Part shown: piece by piece, positions 27,363 through 40,979 of the stretch
Numbering within the stretch: position 1 is the stretch's first letter
Layout of the letters: the number at the start of each line of letters is the position of its first letter
Assembly (NCBI GenBank): GCA_030141605.1
Contig: JAQGDQ010000732.1
Location: forward strand, 41,751-105,750
Source: Tubiluchus corallicola
Taxonomy: Eukaryota; Animalia; Priapulida
Direction: 5' to 3'
DNA length: 64,000 nucleotides
Program-made: the position numbers and the translations under genes
The notes under the pieces: generated by a model
Databases searched by the model: none
What the model was told of the DNA's origin: nothing
The model's input: only the letters and a program-made list of their open reading frames with translations

Positions 27363-29295
27363 AAACTCATGTTGGTCACATACTGTAAAAATATGCCTTC
27401 AACAACATTGCCTGGCTGTTGTGCAAATTGTGGCAGACAAGATTTTCTGTGCGAGACAGTTACATCAGAGAACCAGATGATAGAAATCATCAACGCTTTT
27501 ATTGGTGTGATTTGACTTTGTCTGACGCTCTTTTCACGCATACTGTAGCTTTTGTGTCATCGTGATCCTCCTTCCAACCCTCCTCCTTAGGTATAATAAC
27601 AGACAAAACTTTAGCTACCTTGAGATGCACATCAAGGATCAGTAATTTTAGAGGATATTTGGAAAAAGGACAAATTCGAGCATGCCAGTAGAATTGATGA
27701 ATTGTCAAATCAGAATAACTTATTCTCTTATGTTAACAACTTATAATAGTTTACCTGGTCACTCTAGGAACCGGGGGAGGCGCCAGAATGCCTTGTTCCA
27801 AAGTGCACTGGGATATCACTCGGTGCCCCCCTGCTCGACTCCTAGAACTGTATTCCCCACGCCCTCACAGCCATAAAAAAGGCCGACCACCAAACGTTGT
27901 CGCTGACGTATGGGGATCGGCCCGTAGTTAGGGCATCGTTGCCTGAAAAACAAACACTCACTTTAGCAAATAATTAAAGAAAGTCTTTCTAACTAGTTAA
28001 CTGATTATTATTATTAGCAAATGTTTCAGAATCTGGGACATGTGATGCAAAAACGTGATGCATTGCATTTCTAATAAAATACTTGCCAGTAAAAGATTTT
28101 ACCACTAAACAAATGTAGCAAAAGGCAAGGTTTAAGAACTTAGTTCGCACATGCGCATCAGCTTAATAGATTTTAAGTTTTTCACTGTGCTGAGTGACAC
28201 TCAATCAGACTTCAAAAGAACTTACAATTAGTTTGCTCTGAAATGTTGTTACAACAATGGAAAATAGTTTACAAAGAGACCGGTGGGCAAGGAGAAGTAC
28301 AGTTAACATTAGATGTCTTATTATAATAATTATGATATTACCAAACTTAAGGCAGTTTAACGGTGGTCATTTAAATTTACATGTTTTGTACAGCATTACT
28401 GATGACAGGCGTGAGTACAAAAAAGGCAGTATGTATATGGTATAAAATTTCAAGACGTATTTTTCAAGCTTAATACGGAGTCTAAATAAAAAAAATTACT
28501 CAGCAATTATCCGAACGTTTCCAAGAAAATTAGAAGCATTCAAATTTCAAGTGAAAATCGTTAAAAATTTTAGCACAACACAAGCATTATAAAATTTTGA
28601 GTTCCCAGTTTTATTTAAAATGTCAAAGTAGACTCCTGATCTAGAGCCTCGAGCTGCCGCATGCCCCCCTGCCTCTTCTCTAAATCGAAGCATTTCATAG
28701 CTATGGGGGCATGTAATTCGATGAGTCCGTATCTGATGTCAACATTGCTCATCCCTTGGCACATTTCGTAATAATGACACCTAAAGCAAAAAAGTACCAA
28801 AATCATGCTTCTGTTTCAGTTTTCATTAACCCGCATTTAAATACATGAATGATGTCGTTACAGTCATGTGCAGCTTTCTGATATTCTGCAACACGATTTT
28901 TTGGTCAAAAAGATGAATTTGCTAATTTACAACTTAAATTTAGTGTCATTTTCAGACATTTATTAAGCACACCTAACAAGCTCGTCCTGCACTTGTTCAC
29001 AAGCGGGCTGCAATAATTTGCATCAAAATAAAATCAAAGCAAAAAAGCAATGATGATTTTATCATTCCGTCATCTGACTCATCTTATTGACATAGCTTCA
29101 CACAAAAGCTGCAGTATGCGTGAAAAGAGAGTCAGACAAAGTCAAATCACAGCAATAAAAGCGTTGATGATTTCCATCATCTGGTTCTCTGCGTGAGACA
29201 CTGGCAATATATATATGTGATGCGTCTGTCTTGCACAACAGCCAGGCAATGTTGCTGAAGGCATATTTTTACAGTATGGAGCCAACATGAGTTTT
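27363..29295. mobile_element. Non-autonomous foldback/TIR-like element with ~190-bp inverted arms
   Basis: 27363-27557 is the imperfect reverse complement of 29100-29295 (e.g. tgactttgtctgacgctcttttcacgcatactg / cagtatgcgtgaaaagagagtcagacaaagtca). Confidence 0.7.
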
Positions 29296-29617
29296 TAACT
29301 TCGATTGTGTGTTATTTTCAGGTGTTTTCACAAAAAAATATTCATGAATTATGAAACTGTTTATGTGTAACAGTAATTTACAGCCATTATATCAGGTAAA
29401 TGCTGTTGAAATATGTAACCATTTTTCTAAAACATTGTTAATGTGTTATAGGGCGTTTCCAGATGGAATTCGACATCGTCCATATTAGGAGCCTTGGTCA
29501 CTTACCATATCTTGAGCTATAAGTGAAAAGATTTGATATAAAAATGGTGCAAACTAACACTTGATGTGCATACATTAAGAAAAGTAGAACTGTCCCATGT
29601 TTGTACTTGTAATGCTT

Positions 29618-29757
29618 TTGTTTTGTTTCTGTGTGTAGTATACATAACTCACTTGTTTTGTTTCTGTGTGTAGTATACATAGCTCACTTGTTTTGTTTCT
29701 GTGTGTAGTATACATAGCTCACTTGTTTTGTTTCTGTGTGTAGTATACATAGCTCAC
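29618..29757. repeat. 35-bp minisatellite x4
   Basis: Unit ttgttttgtttctgtgtgtagtatacatagctcac. Confidence 0.95.
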
Positions 29758-32076
29758 AAACATTTTGCCCTTCCTTAGTGCCAAGATAAACAGAAACGGT
29801 GAACGCTACAAATCCAGACATGGTATAGTTTTACTTTCCTCAATAAAGTATGCCCGTTAGTTGCTAATTTGCAACAATAATTTTTTGTATTTTACTTGGC
29901 AAATTTTATTATTAACAACTGTTTTGAGATCTGTCTTAGAAATGACAATGATAATGCAACCTTACTAACTTGTCACATGCAAACATTAGTGATAACTTTT
30001 TTTGCAACTCTAAGTAAAATCATAAAGATTTAGAAATGTTGAAGACAGTAAATTCTAGGAATCAAAATGGCCACATTTGATTGTATTATCGAAAGGTAAC
30101 TATTTTTTCAAGAATGACATGGGTAAAAGAATCATTAGCATAGAATTTTCCATTCGCATGGCTAGTTCTTTGCTCATACATGCATTTCATCATTTGGTAA
30201 TTAAAAGGTCACTGGCTCCTCCATCTGTCAAATGCATTGCACAAAAATGTGCTGTTTTTGGCACATTGTTAACATTTCCTTTCCCTCCCGGATGTACGAT
30301 GTTCATATATGATGCAATGTAATGGTACCAACAAAAAAATATTATATATGCATTAAATTGCTAATATGCACTAACGATTTTTTAAAGTGATTTCTCTGAA
30401 ACTTTTTTCAGGTGCCCCTTTTATGTGTCCTTTAATATATATCATTTTCCTTTGTTTTATTTCAGTACCATCAAGTAAGCATCCGAGGCGTGGTAGCTGG
30501 TTCCTCACGTACCTCCAGCCAATTTAAATTGGAGATATCCTAACAGTATGCTATTGACATGTAACAGTATGCTATCAACAGTGACATGTATTGCCAGTGT
30601 ATTGCTCAGAAAGATAAGCTATTTTTGTTATTTAGTTAAATGTTACTACATACATAACTAATCATGTTAGTCTACATTGTTGTCGTAGAATATGAACTAT
30701 TTAAATTCCACACCACCTGCTCTTTTGAGACACGATTTAGACGACATTTTTATCGTTTTTGCTATTCAGCAACAATTTAGCAAAACTTCAATGGTTATTG
30801 TTTTTGCAGAACAATATTTCATATTAACATTTAATTATTGCTTAGCTTTTCCTTTAATGATGCATAACAAATGCCGGTAATTTCATTCCCTTATAACTTG
30901 GATCCTGATATTGACTTTGTTCATTGGCATGGCGCATTTTGATTCTAATTAGATTTCAGACATTTTGCTGGTTGTAACGGTTTCTACATGGATCTGCACA
31001 CTTCTATTCGTGCAGTTTTGACTGAACTTGTGTTGTAAATTGGCTATAGACATTTTTTCCATGTTGCCATGAAAATATAACATTCTGTAAGCATTTGTTG
31101 CTCTAGAATTTCATTAAATGTTTCTTTAGAATTAGTAGAAGTGGAATTCCCAAGACTGAAATTAAATTTCCTGAAATACATCAATGAGATTAGTGTGACG
31201 CCCTTGCTGTATTGGAGTTTAGTTTTATTAAGCCTGCTAACTTGAGAACAGTGACAGCAGTGCAATGTCATATTATACATGCATAGAGAATTTACTTCTG
31301 CTACATACTACATACGTAACTATGTACTTTGACGTGAGCAGACACAGGGTTTAAAATGCGAGTGGCGTGTGGATGACATGTTGTTGCCACAGGGTGTTTT
31401 CTAAGGCATTTTGTAGAAAACTGAAGAACTCATTCTTTAAATATCAATACTAGGAGCACTGTAAAGCTAATGTTAATGGTTGAATTTGAAAAAAGCCAAA
31501 AGACAAAGGGAAAAGGACAGTCAGTAATGAAAATATGTCTGTTATGCAGTCCAACTAAATTAGGGTGTAATTCATGATTGTCACGAGGACTAGTACTTGC
31601 ATGTGGTAGGGTCGAGTCAATGTAAAAAATCGCGCTTTTAATAACACAAACAAAAGGTGTATTATTTATGGGTATGTGATGCTGCCTATATTGGTAATGG
31701 CTTCATCCAATCATGTGTTAGAGAATAACACAAACAAAAAGTGCAATTATTTTATGGGTAAGGGAAGCTTTGCCACCACCTCTATTTCCTTATTTTTGAA
31801 AATTGGCTCCATTCTCTGTAAGAGATAATCTCTTGCAACCGGATTTCAACATACATTTCATGTAATTATGATCAGTTCTGCAAAACTATAAATGAACAAA
31901 AACAATAATTTTCTTAGTGCAAAATGTGCATCAGTTTTCACAGTTTCGTTGTACTTCTCCATTTTTTCCATTGCTATGTTTTTAACTTCAGCTTTGTCAG
32001 CTTTGGAGTTCCTGCAAAAAAAAATAATGTTTGATTAATTTAATGTGAGGATAGAACATGATGTGTATCTGTATTA

Positions 32077-32530
32077 CTTGCTTACTTGCTGCTCCCACCA
32101 GGTGGAGGCAGGCCAGCACAGGTAGCATCCCGAACCATCACACGCCACAGCTTCCTGTCCTCCCAGTACGACGGCAGCTCTGTGAGATTGTCAGAAACTT
32201 GCAGGTAGCAGTCGAGCCCAAGAGGAGACACAATCACCTGCTAAACAAACCCAACTCCCTTGCCTCAACGAAGATCTTTACGATCGGGCATAGCGGGTGG
32301 CAATGGGTCCGTAACAAGGCTAAGCCGTCTGGGGTTTTATACCCCTTGAGGTCCTACCATGGCAGGCTTGCTGCCGGCGGTGAAGGGCCGTGTCCTGGCT
32401 AACTGAGGGAGCTCTGGTACCCTGTGGGCGAGGTGGTCTCGTCCCCGAGGAGGCAGCCCCTCCAGACTTACCAGCCAGCGGCGTGCTAACAACTCGCCCT
32501 GGTGCTACAACCTGTTTGCGAAACCAGCAA
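32077..32530. mobile_element. RTE-like non-LTR retroelement fragments (3' end on minus; GC-rich 5'UTR-like piece on plus)
   Basis: The minus strand reads EDRKLWRVMVRDA (DR..WR C-terminal motif), then a stem-loop and an (AAGT/AAGC) tail ending near 32077. An adjacent structured GC-rich block spans 32283-32530. Confidence 0.45.
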
Positions 32531-32570
32531 AGTTCAGTATGTGTATTATGAAAATAGGAATTCAGAAAGT

Positions 32571-32655
32571 GTTGCTTAGTTCAATTACAGAATGCCCGCT
32601 TCCCAACTGAGAGGTCGCAGGTTCAGCTCCTGACTAGGTCATATCAAAGACTCAA
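32571..32655 (+). mobile_element. tRNA-derived SINE head
   Basis: A-box-like TGCTTAGTT and B-box-like GGTTCAGCTCC, followed by ggtcatatcaaagact. Confidence 0.45.
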
Positions 32656-35600
32656 CGTGCTATCCCTGGACTATGTCCTAAATGAGATTATTATTAGTAG
32701 TAGTACCTTGGAACAGCAGTGGCAACCAAAACACTATTCACAGGAAAAGGCAATTTTTGATGGTATTAGGTATTAGTGGAGGTAATCGTAAAACTGACCC
32801 ACATCATGATCTAGACCATTTCGTATTCTTTCTAGTGAATTAGAAAACTATAAAAATTGGAAGTTCGGCCTAGGAAAAGGACTTTTGCAGCCACATATCT
32901 TATATGTTAATAAACATATTGAATTGACACAAATTAAAAATTATTTTTCTCCATTTACAAAATAATATGCAATAATGACCAGAAGCAGTCTGCAATGGTG
33001 CAATAGCTGAATAATACACAGGTAAATGGGGCCTGAGAGATAGTAATAAGAGAAAGGGAGAGAGGACAGCGAGGTGACCAAAACTTCATAAAGTCAGCTG
33101 TCCTTTTGATATGTTAAACTGTAAATAAGGCAGCACTAGTAAGCAGAGGTGCAGACAATGAATTTAATTCAATCAATTTGATTTCCTAAATTAGAAGTCA
33201 CTAAAAATGGAGGTAAATGACCGTAAGGTTAGACATAAATGTTAATAAATAAATACAGTCATAGAAAAGTAGAATTAACATGCATTGCTAAATATCATTG
33301 CTAAGGAAAGGGAATTATAATAGAAGATATATATATGACAATGGCAATAAACTATTAATGTAATGGTGATTTTCTTAATATCGTAGCGCAGGCCCACTTT
33401 GCAACCTCTACCTTTATTCGAAAGCATGACATGGTTACCAAACAAGAGTTACATGTCACCCCTTAAAGTGCTATTAGTTCAAACCAAAGTCTTCTAAATT
33501 ATTCTTTTGCAAATATTTCGGTTCTTATTGGCTAAATCTTCACACCTTTTTGCTTTCAACCATTCAGGTTTCATTTTGCCTCTATTTCTGACATGTACAC
33601 TAGTTTGGGGAAGGTTATGACATCAGGCTGGAAACCTGCTGTACTTAAGAGCTGCAGTGGTAATCGGATTGTGCAGAGTTGGTGGTTCTTGTGCTTGTGT
33701 TTCTTCTATCAGACTTTAAGGTCTCCTACTACCCGCTATATGACAAGTTAGAACCTGTTTTTCTTTATATTGTTCAAAATCTTGTCATAGTCAGTTTAGG
33801 CCTTGTAATATTTAAATCTCTTTCCAGTTAAATTTTTAGTGTTATTTAATTCAGTTTTGTTTAATTGTGGTTATGTGGAAATCATTATTAGGCTGCTCCG
33901 CCTCAGTACGAATAATATATATATTATTTTTAATAAGTAGTATTAGTGTTATTAATATGAAGGAGGGACATCAGTTAATAGTTTCACTGCAGTACAATTA
34001 TTCTTTTATGATAATGATAGTGTATGAAACATAACAATTTAATACAGTATGATGTAATAATTTTGATGTCACTGTGTGCCTAATGTCATTATATTGTACC
34101 GAATGTGATAATAATAAATAATAAAAAAATAAAATAATAATAAAAGTTTATTGCAATTGTAAATTTTATTTTAACAAATCATACTTAACAAATAATCACC
34201 CATCCACTTGGTAATCTAATTATCAAATTACTTTAACAAAAAATAGCTAAACTCTGCTCCTCATCATTTAAATTTAAATGCTTTTGCTAAATATCATGTT
34301 CTGCTAGTGTTACACTAAAATAAATAATTTTTTTATATTTAAATTAAAAAAAAACATTATATAACTAGTACTTTAATTGCAACCAGCAAAAATTATGGTG
34401 CTGCAGCACATGAGTAATTTTTGAATATTAAAATGTTAAATTTTAGAGATTTTAAAGCCCAAAAAGTAACCCTCTGAAAAAATATCAGAAAACTTTTCCC
34501 CTGAAAATGTACAATTTATTAGGAGGACAGTAGCCACTTCCTCAGACCACAGTCCAGGACGTCCTCAGACCACAGTCCAGGACGCCTTTGTGTAGTTGAA
34601 ACATAGAAGTGTTCTTCCAATACGAAACACTCTTGATAACTTTCTATTCTTTAAGATAATGAAATCGATTACACAGCTAAGAACCAAGGCAGCAGGAAGT
34701 TTTATTTAGATTTCAAATTAAATAGGTCAATGAGGACTACTGAAATCACACTAACTATTACAGAATCACTTTTAACTTCTACGTCACTTTTTAGCCTTTA
34801 CATCACGTTTTAATCTTACATTCTGCAAACTATTCATCTCTCTGTTAACAAATTTTTTTGCAGAACTCAAAGTATTAGATGTTCAAGAGTTTGGAGGTGT
34901 GGTACGACACTAAAGACAAGACTGCAAAAACCTCAACTGATACGACTCCAAGAGAGACCAGGAAAAAGTTGACAACAAGAATTAGAACAGCAATGAAAAC
35001 AAAAACAACATCAACTACCACATTTCAAACAATTGTGGAAAGAACCTTGAAATAGCTTTCAAACTGTTTGTTTGGGATTGTCCAGTGACTGTATAAATAA
35101 AAGAAATTAAATTAAATAAAAGTGGTTTAGAAAAAACCTTTAGAATCGTTTTGTGTGAAAAGCGTATTTTTTAGGTCTACATAATTATCATCATAATTCA
35201 TATAGTAAAACTTTGTGGGAGTTGGTATTTGTGCATTTGTTGCAAGCTGCTGCCATCTACTGCCTAGTTTGTAAGGCTTCTGATAGCTGACTTAGTGCAC
35301 ATCCTCTAGCTGCTTAAAATAATGCATCCAGTGAACGATGGTCAAGTGTACATGGTTCTAAGTTAATGCCTATAATTTGGGCTGTAACTTGGTTTGCAAA
35401 ATGTGTCTAAATGCAGTAGCTTTTAGCTTATGATATTATTTCAGTGTTAAAATAAATCTGGTGCAGGAAAAACTAGTTGTAAGCGTTCTCCACTTTCATT
35501 GGCTTGTACCCACTGTGAGTCTGTGAGGTAAATGTTAGTAATAAAAAAGTCATACAGAATATAACTCATTGCAGTCATTGGAGTCAAGATCAAAGAATCC

Positions 35601-36149
35601 TGCTGTATTGTATGATTTGCAAGATTATATTATAGTTTGCAACAAAAGCAGTTCTAATTTATTACAAAAAGGATTAGATAGTAAAAAAATGTCAAGGGAT
35701 CATGACTTCTAGTTACATGGGGGATTTGAGGGTTATATGCAGAAAGAAATGTTCAGGCTGCTGTAGTTCTAAAGTACAATTTAAAGATGGATTCTGTCTT
35801 GAGTGTTATAAAAATATTTTTGAGAGGGGGCTATTACAGAAACAGCACATAAAGGGATTCCGACATATTCCGGGGGAGATAAAATAGATAATGCTGTTAA
35901 AGCAAATAAGTTAGCATAGAGCACAGAGAAGTCCAAAGGAACTTGGAAGGTTTAAGTCTAAACATAATAACATAAGTAGGCAAAGTTGGGATTTTTTTAT
36001 ATAGGCAGTACCCTAATTAGAAGGAAGATACATCTGAACTCTATTCATTGTTTTGTCCAGCTGATAGAGATGACCGGCCTGTTGTTGGCTCATTTTAATG
36101 GTATATCGCATAAAATGCAAACTTTGGTAGGCATTCATATGAAAAATAC

Positions 36150-38025
36150 CACAGCTGATGTATGTAGACAGGGATTGCTGTTCATGAACAGGAACAAGAA
36201 GTAAGACACACGCCATGTTTCATTTGTGGAAGAACATGATAGTTCGGCTAGATGTCTACCACTTCATTAGAAGACTAGGATCCTGCACTCTCGAGTCTCA
36301 TCAACTGTATGCACCATTCATGAGGCAAATCTCAGCAGCCATATTCGAGTGGGATGACAAAGATGTGCAAAATCTCATCAAAGCCAATCGCTCAGAGGTG
36401 GTGAAGCAGCAAATTTCACTATCCAATGCAAATGTCAGAAGACAATTGACCAGATGTGAGCTAGCTCGGCACTGTCGTCATGCGACAAGAGGAGTGGAGG
36501 AAATGACCCGCCTTCTCGACATAATCAACAAAGTATTGTCTGGAGAACAAGGCAAGGACACCATGGGCGTTCCTCTTGTCGACGTATGAGGGCAGAATGG
36601 GCTCAACAAAAACGTCATGTGAAATGCCTGCAAGAGCCACCAAACTACCAGCTCTACACTCAGACAGGCACTCTATGGAAAGGAGATGTCATCCAGCCAG
36701 TATATAGATGTGCACGTGGCTCAACATCTATGGAGTCATTTCATTCTCAATTTTTCAACTTCAATCAGGTATTAATTCAAATGTTTTTGTTCCTCAGTTT
36801 GCGATAAATGACATGGATTTCTTTGTTTGGCACTTCAAATTATTATAACATGCATTTTTCCAAGGCTTCTTCTTTTTGGTATTTAGTATTAATTTCTATA
36901 TATTGCAATTTCAGGAACGAGTGTAATCAAACGCACTTCCAAGCTTACCTGTTTGAAGGTATTGTGAGATGGAACGAGGATAGGCATGCTGCTTCAGTTA
37001 GTACCACCACAAAAATTTCTCAACGGCCGTTCAGCGGTGAATTGAAGCAGAGAGTGGATGAACTCAACAGGAAGGTTTTTAGATGTGACTACGATTCCTC
37101 AAGGTTTGTGATATTACATTACTTTAATGTGTTCAACATGCTCAGTTGTTTAACATTATTGTGCCTGATGTGTCAAAACATGTATTTTTTATTGTCTGAG
37201 TTTTAATTATAATTTCTTTTTATAGGTGAGCTGATAAGCGTAGCATACTTCTTCTCACAAACTGGTAAAGTCTTGAAGCCACCTTTGTTTGACCCTGATG
37301 TGAAAAATGAAGAAGATGAAGTTGACGAAGAAGACGAGGCAGTACTGAAACCTCATTACCAAATGGAGGCTCATTCTGCAGGATTATGGCCAGATCCAGG
37401 AACTGCTATTATCAAATCCGAAGGTGCAAGCTCACACCACTCTGCAGATGTTTCAGATAAATCAGAAAACGCTGGCCGACTGGTAAGTTTGCAGTGCATT
37501 TTTATTATTGACAATTTCACTGTTTAAAAACTGTGACTTACGCTGCATTTACATATATATATTGACTGTGATGTGACACTGTAACACTATTGTAACACTG
37601 TATATTGTCCTTGTAGGTTCAACAAGAAAGCGAACTGTACAGGGTATGGACCCACCATCACAGCCGTTAACATCACCGCGTCCACTTCCACCGGCACATC
37701 GACTTCCCGATGTACCTCCAGTTGTAGAATTCCGGGAAAGATATACCTAAATTCTACATCCGAACACAGCTGGTGAGGCATCTGCGAGAAAGCAAAAGTT
37801 GCCTGATGATGCTGGGAAACCACCAAGTGTGCCTCGCTCAACATCGTACAGACATCGGCGCATGCGAGAACACGGGCAATCTCCAAAGTGCAAGCGAATG
37901 AAGCCTTCCAATTGTTGCAAGAAATGTGGGTTTGAAAGGACTGCTGACACAGGCCATCGGTGTCAGCATGGATACGTTTTCTGTCCAAACGAAGGTATTC
38001 CATATGAGCGGCGGCGGCTGCGGCA
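36150..38025 (+). pseudogene. Decayed intron-containing putative DNA transposase (DUF6729-associated family; superfamily uncertain)
   Basis: Motifs RLDVYHFIRR, IFEWD, ELARHCR..TRG, GVPL, YRCARGSTSMESFH, FQAYLFEGIVRWNEDR, GELISVAYFFSQTG and a C-terminal CKKCG..GH..FC. GT-AG introns and frameshifts. Family recognised from memory. Confidence 0.6.
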
Positions 38026-38245
38026 ATAACACCAACAACAAATTCTTGGACAATTCATGGCACACGTGCAAACACAACTTGAACGAATTTCACACATACA
38101 GCAACAGCAACGGCAACAATTACAACAACAGCAAAATATAAATCGCAGAAACAGACAATACAGACAACGGCCATACTTTCCACAAAGACGGCGCCCAACC
38201 AGAGGGAACAATTGTATAATTTACAATTTCTATAACTCACAATGA
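38024..38245 (+). pseudogene. 5'-truncated paralog of the polyQ/Arg-rich small ORF
   Basis: QILGQFMAHVQTQLERISH...YRQRPY...NCIIYNFYN. Another fragment lies at 40271-40339. Confidence 0.65.
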
Positions 38246-39110
38246 GGAATCCAAACACCAGTACGCTGTCAGTGAGGGCACCACGACGAAGTACACCACT
38301 TCTGCATAGAGATCTGCATAAAATAACCAACCGGAAATACACCACTTCTGCATAGAGATCTGCATAAAATAACCAACCGGCCCTTTTCAGGGCCACAAAA
38401 TTTATCCGAAAGAAAATTCTGATTTTGCAAATTCAACTGTCTCCTAATTATTAAAATTTAATTTTAAACATAAATTCAAACACAATATTTTTTATTTTTG
38501 TTTCCTTCATAACAATAATATACACATTGCATATGTCAAATAAAACTCAGTTTTAACTGTTTAGTGGTTAATATTCAATCAAATAATATCGTTTAATTTC
38601 GGTCAAAATTTCGAAAAAAAATACTCTAATTTCCGCGTAACAAGAACAATTAAGACGTGTACTCTAACGTCCGCAATGTAACAATTCACTCGTCTTTAAT
38701 CCCTGGCGAGCTATAAAAATTCTGTAGCCGCCAAATTTTCAGCACTTACCTAACGCACAGACTGTAGATGTTAATTAGATGTTCTATTTTTGGCAATTTT
38801 TGCTTCACTAGTCTAATAAACAATCACAAGACGCGTTTCACATTGACATTATTATTTTTTGGCATTCTTTATCTTTGTCTTGTCTTCGGAGGAAAAAACA
38901 GTAATTTCGAAGGTAATAAATTTCTCTTATGTTAATTTACATTAGCATTTATTATCAAAATATCTAAAACTATTTAAGTCTAAAGTTTTCTGAATAACAT
39001 GTTTGGTTTCATACATGTTATGTTATGCATAAAATGAAATGAAGAATAATTTTCCATATTGTTTGAAAAATCTTTGTTTTTTTAACAAAAATGTGTCTAT
39101 GTTACAGAAA

Positions 39111-39548
39111 ATGGAAAAATTGCAGTTGAATCCAATTGAACAGCAACAAGAACAACAACAGGAACAAGGACAGGAACAAGGACACGAACAAGGACACGAA
39201 CAAGGACAGGAACAAGGACAGGAACAAGGACAGGAACAAGGACACAAACAAGGACACGAACAAGGACAGGAACAAGGACAGGAACAGGAACAACATCAAC
39301 AACAACAACACCAACAACAAATTCTTGGACAATTCATGGCACATATGCAAACACAACTTGAACGCATTTCACGCATACAACAACAGCAACAACAACAATT
39401 ACAACAACAGCAACAACTATTACAACAACAGCAACAATTACCACAACAGCAAAATATACATCCCAGACAAAACAGATGACGATATAGACAACGCCCATAC
39501 AACAACAGACGACGCGGATCCAACTGCGTGTACAATTTCTTCAACTGA
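39111..39548 (+). pseudogene. PolyQ/EQGQ-repeat small protein, copy A (CGA>TGA stop at 39477)
   Basis: ATG just after acceptor gttacag|; 12-bp EQG[QH] repeats; colinear with intact copy B. Confidence 0.6.
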
Positions 39549-40979
39549 TGATATCATGATGATATGATGGAACCACTTCTGCTTCCGAACTTTTTTTCGA
39601 AATTTTGACCAAACAGCCTGCAGAAAAAACCTTCTAGCGGTGCCTGGTGGGACTCTCGGAAGGAGATATATGGCTCATCAGAAAGAGGAAGAACGGGGCT
39701 ACATGCCCTTAAATATAACCAACCGGCCCTTTTCAGGGCCACAAAATTTATCCGAAAGAAAATTCTGATTTGCAATTTATTAAATTAATTTAAATTAAAT
39801 TTAAAAAACAAAATTAAAACAGAATTCTTCTGACTTTTCAATATTAATATCTCTTATATTAATTTCGCTGGTATCTTAATATATATATTTATATATAAGA
39901 TTCGAGGCTACAGCCCCGACGAGGGCACCATTTGCGGCGATCTATACATCAAACGAAAGGTCTCGATCTAGAGTCGTGCCATTGAACAACTCTCCCTAAT
40001 TATTAAAATTTAAAATTCAAACAATATTTTTTATTTTTCTTTCCTTCATAACAATAATATACACATTGCATATGTCAAATAAAACTTTAACCGTTTAGTG
40101 GTTAATATTCAATCAAATAATATCGTTTTGAACGTATTGGCCATTATTTGCCTCTATATACTGTAAGCTGAGAACTCATACACAAGTTATATATAGCCAA
40201 AATGCAGTACGGCTTTGATTTGGTGCGAAAAACAAGAAAATAGTAACTGCGAAAAATGATAATAATTAACAACAATAACACCAACAACAAATTCTTGGAC
40301 AATTCATGGCACACGTGCAAACACAACTTGAACGAATTTTACTTTCAGGTTATTATAACATTACCTGCGATTGGTTGAGCAGTGGTTTCCTGTGGAAAGA
40401 ACGAACACGTGACATCGTCAGTTGTCTTTTGGTTGTCGTGGAATGCACTTCTCCTCTCTGCCTGCCGAGTGTCGTGGATTCTGTAAGGTTTGAAGCATTG
40501 TCATCAGGTTATTTTTTTTCTATTGTGTTGTTCTTCTCAGCCGTCCCTTTTGCATTCAAAGTCTTGGTTTTGTTGTTTCGTTTGTTTAAATTTCTGGAGT
40601 GTCCGTTATGCAGCGCTTACCCGCATCACCGATGGCGGACCGTAAGGCTATCTACTGGGTCGAGCCCCGGAACAATATTGAAGTATTACTCCCCATCGCC
40701 TTAATTGTTCTGAAGAACAGCTATTTTACCTTCCACAACAGAAAATCAGGTAATAAACGCCATAAGAATGGAATCAGCGGCGATTATAATAATTACATTG
40801 TCCAAATGAGAAATAAAACTTATATTATGCCTACGGAGCTACAAATAATGGACAGACTGAAAGTAACCTTGCTAACACAGCTAAAGCTTTTAATACTTTC
40901 TTTCAATCTGTTGGGAACAATATGTGTAAAAAAATTCTCAATCTTTCTATTCATATCTCAAAGGCGAAAATAGACCAAC

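Noticed and set aside
25893-32655. Functional tRNA genes at ~25.9 and ~32.6 kb
   Set aside because: Only A/B-box-like motifs are present and the acceptor stems do not pair, so they are treated as SINE heads.
39023-39567. Cys-rich metallothionein-like (CPCS)n and Asn-rich ORFs
   Set aside because: Alternative frames and strands of the CAA-rich 12-bp repeat. Only the Q frame shows conserved non-repetitive motifs and a splice-linked ATG.
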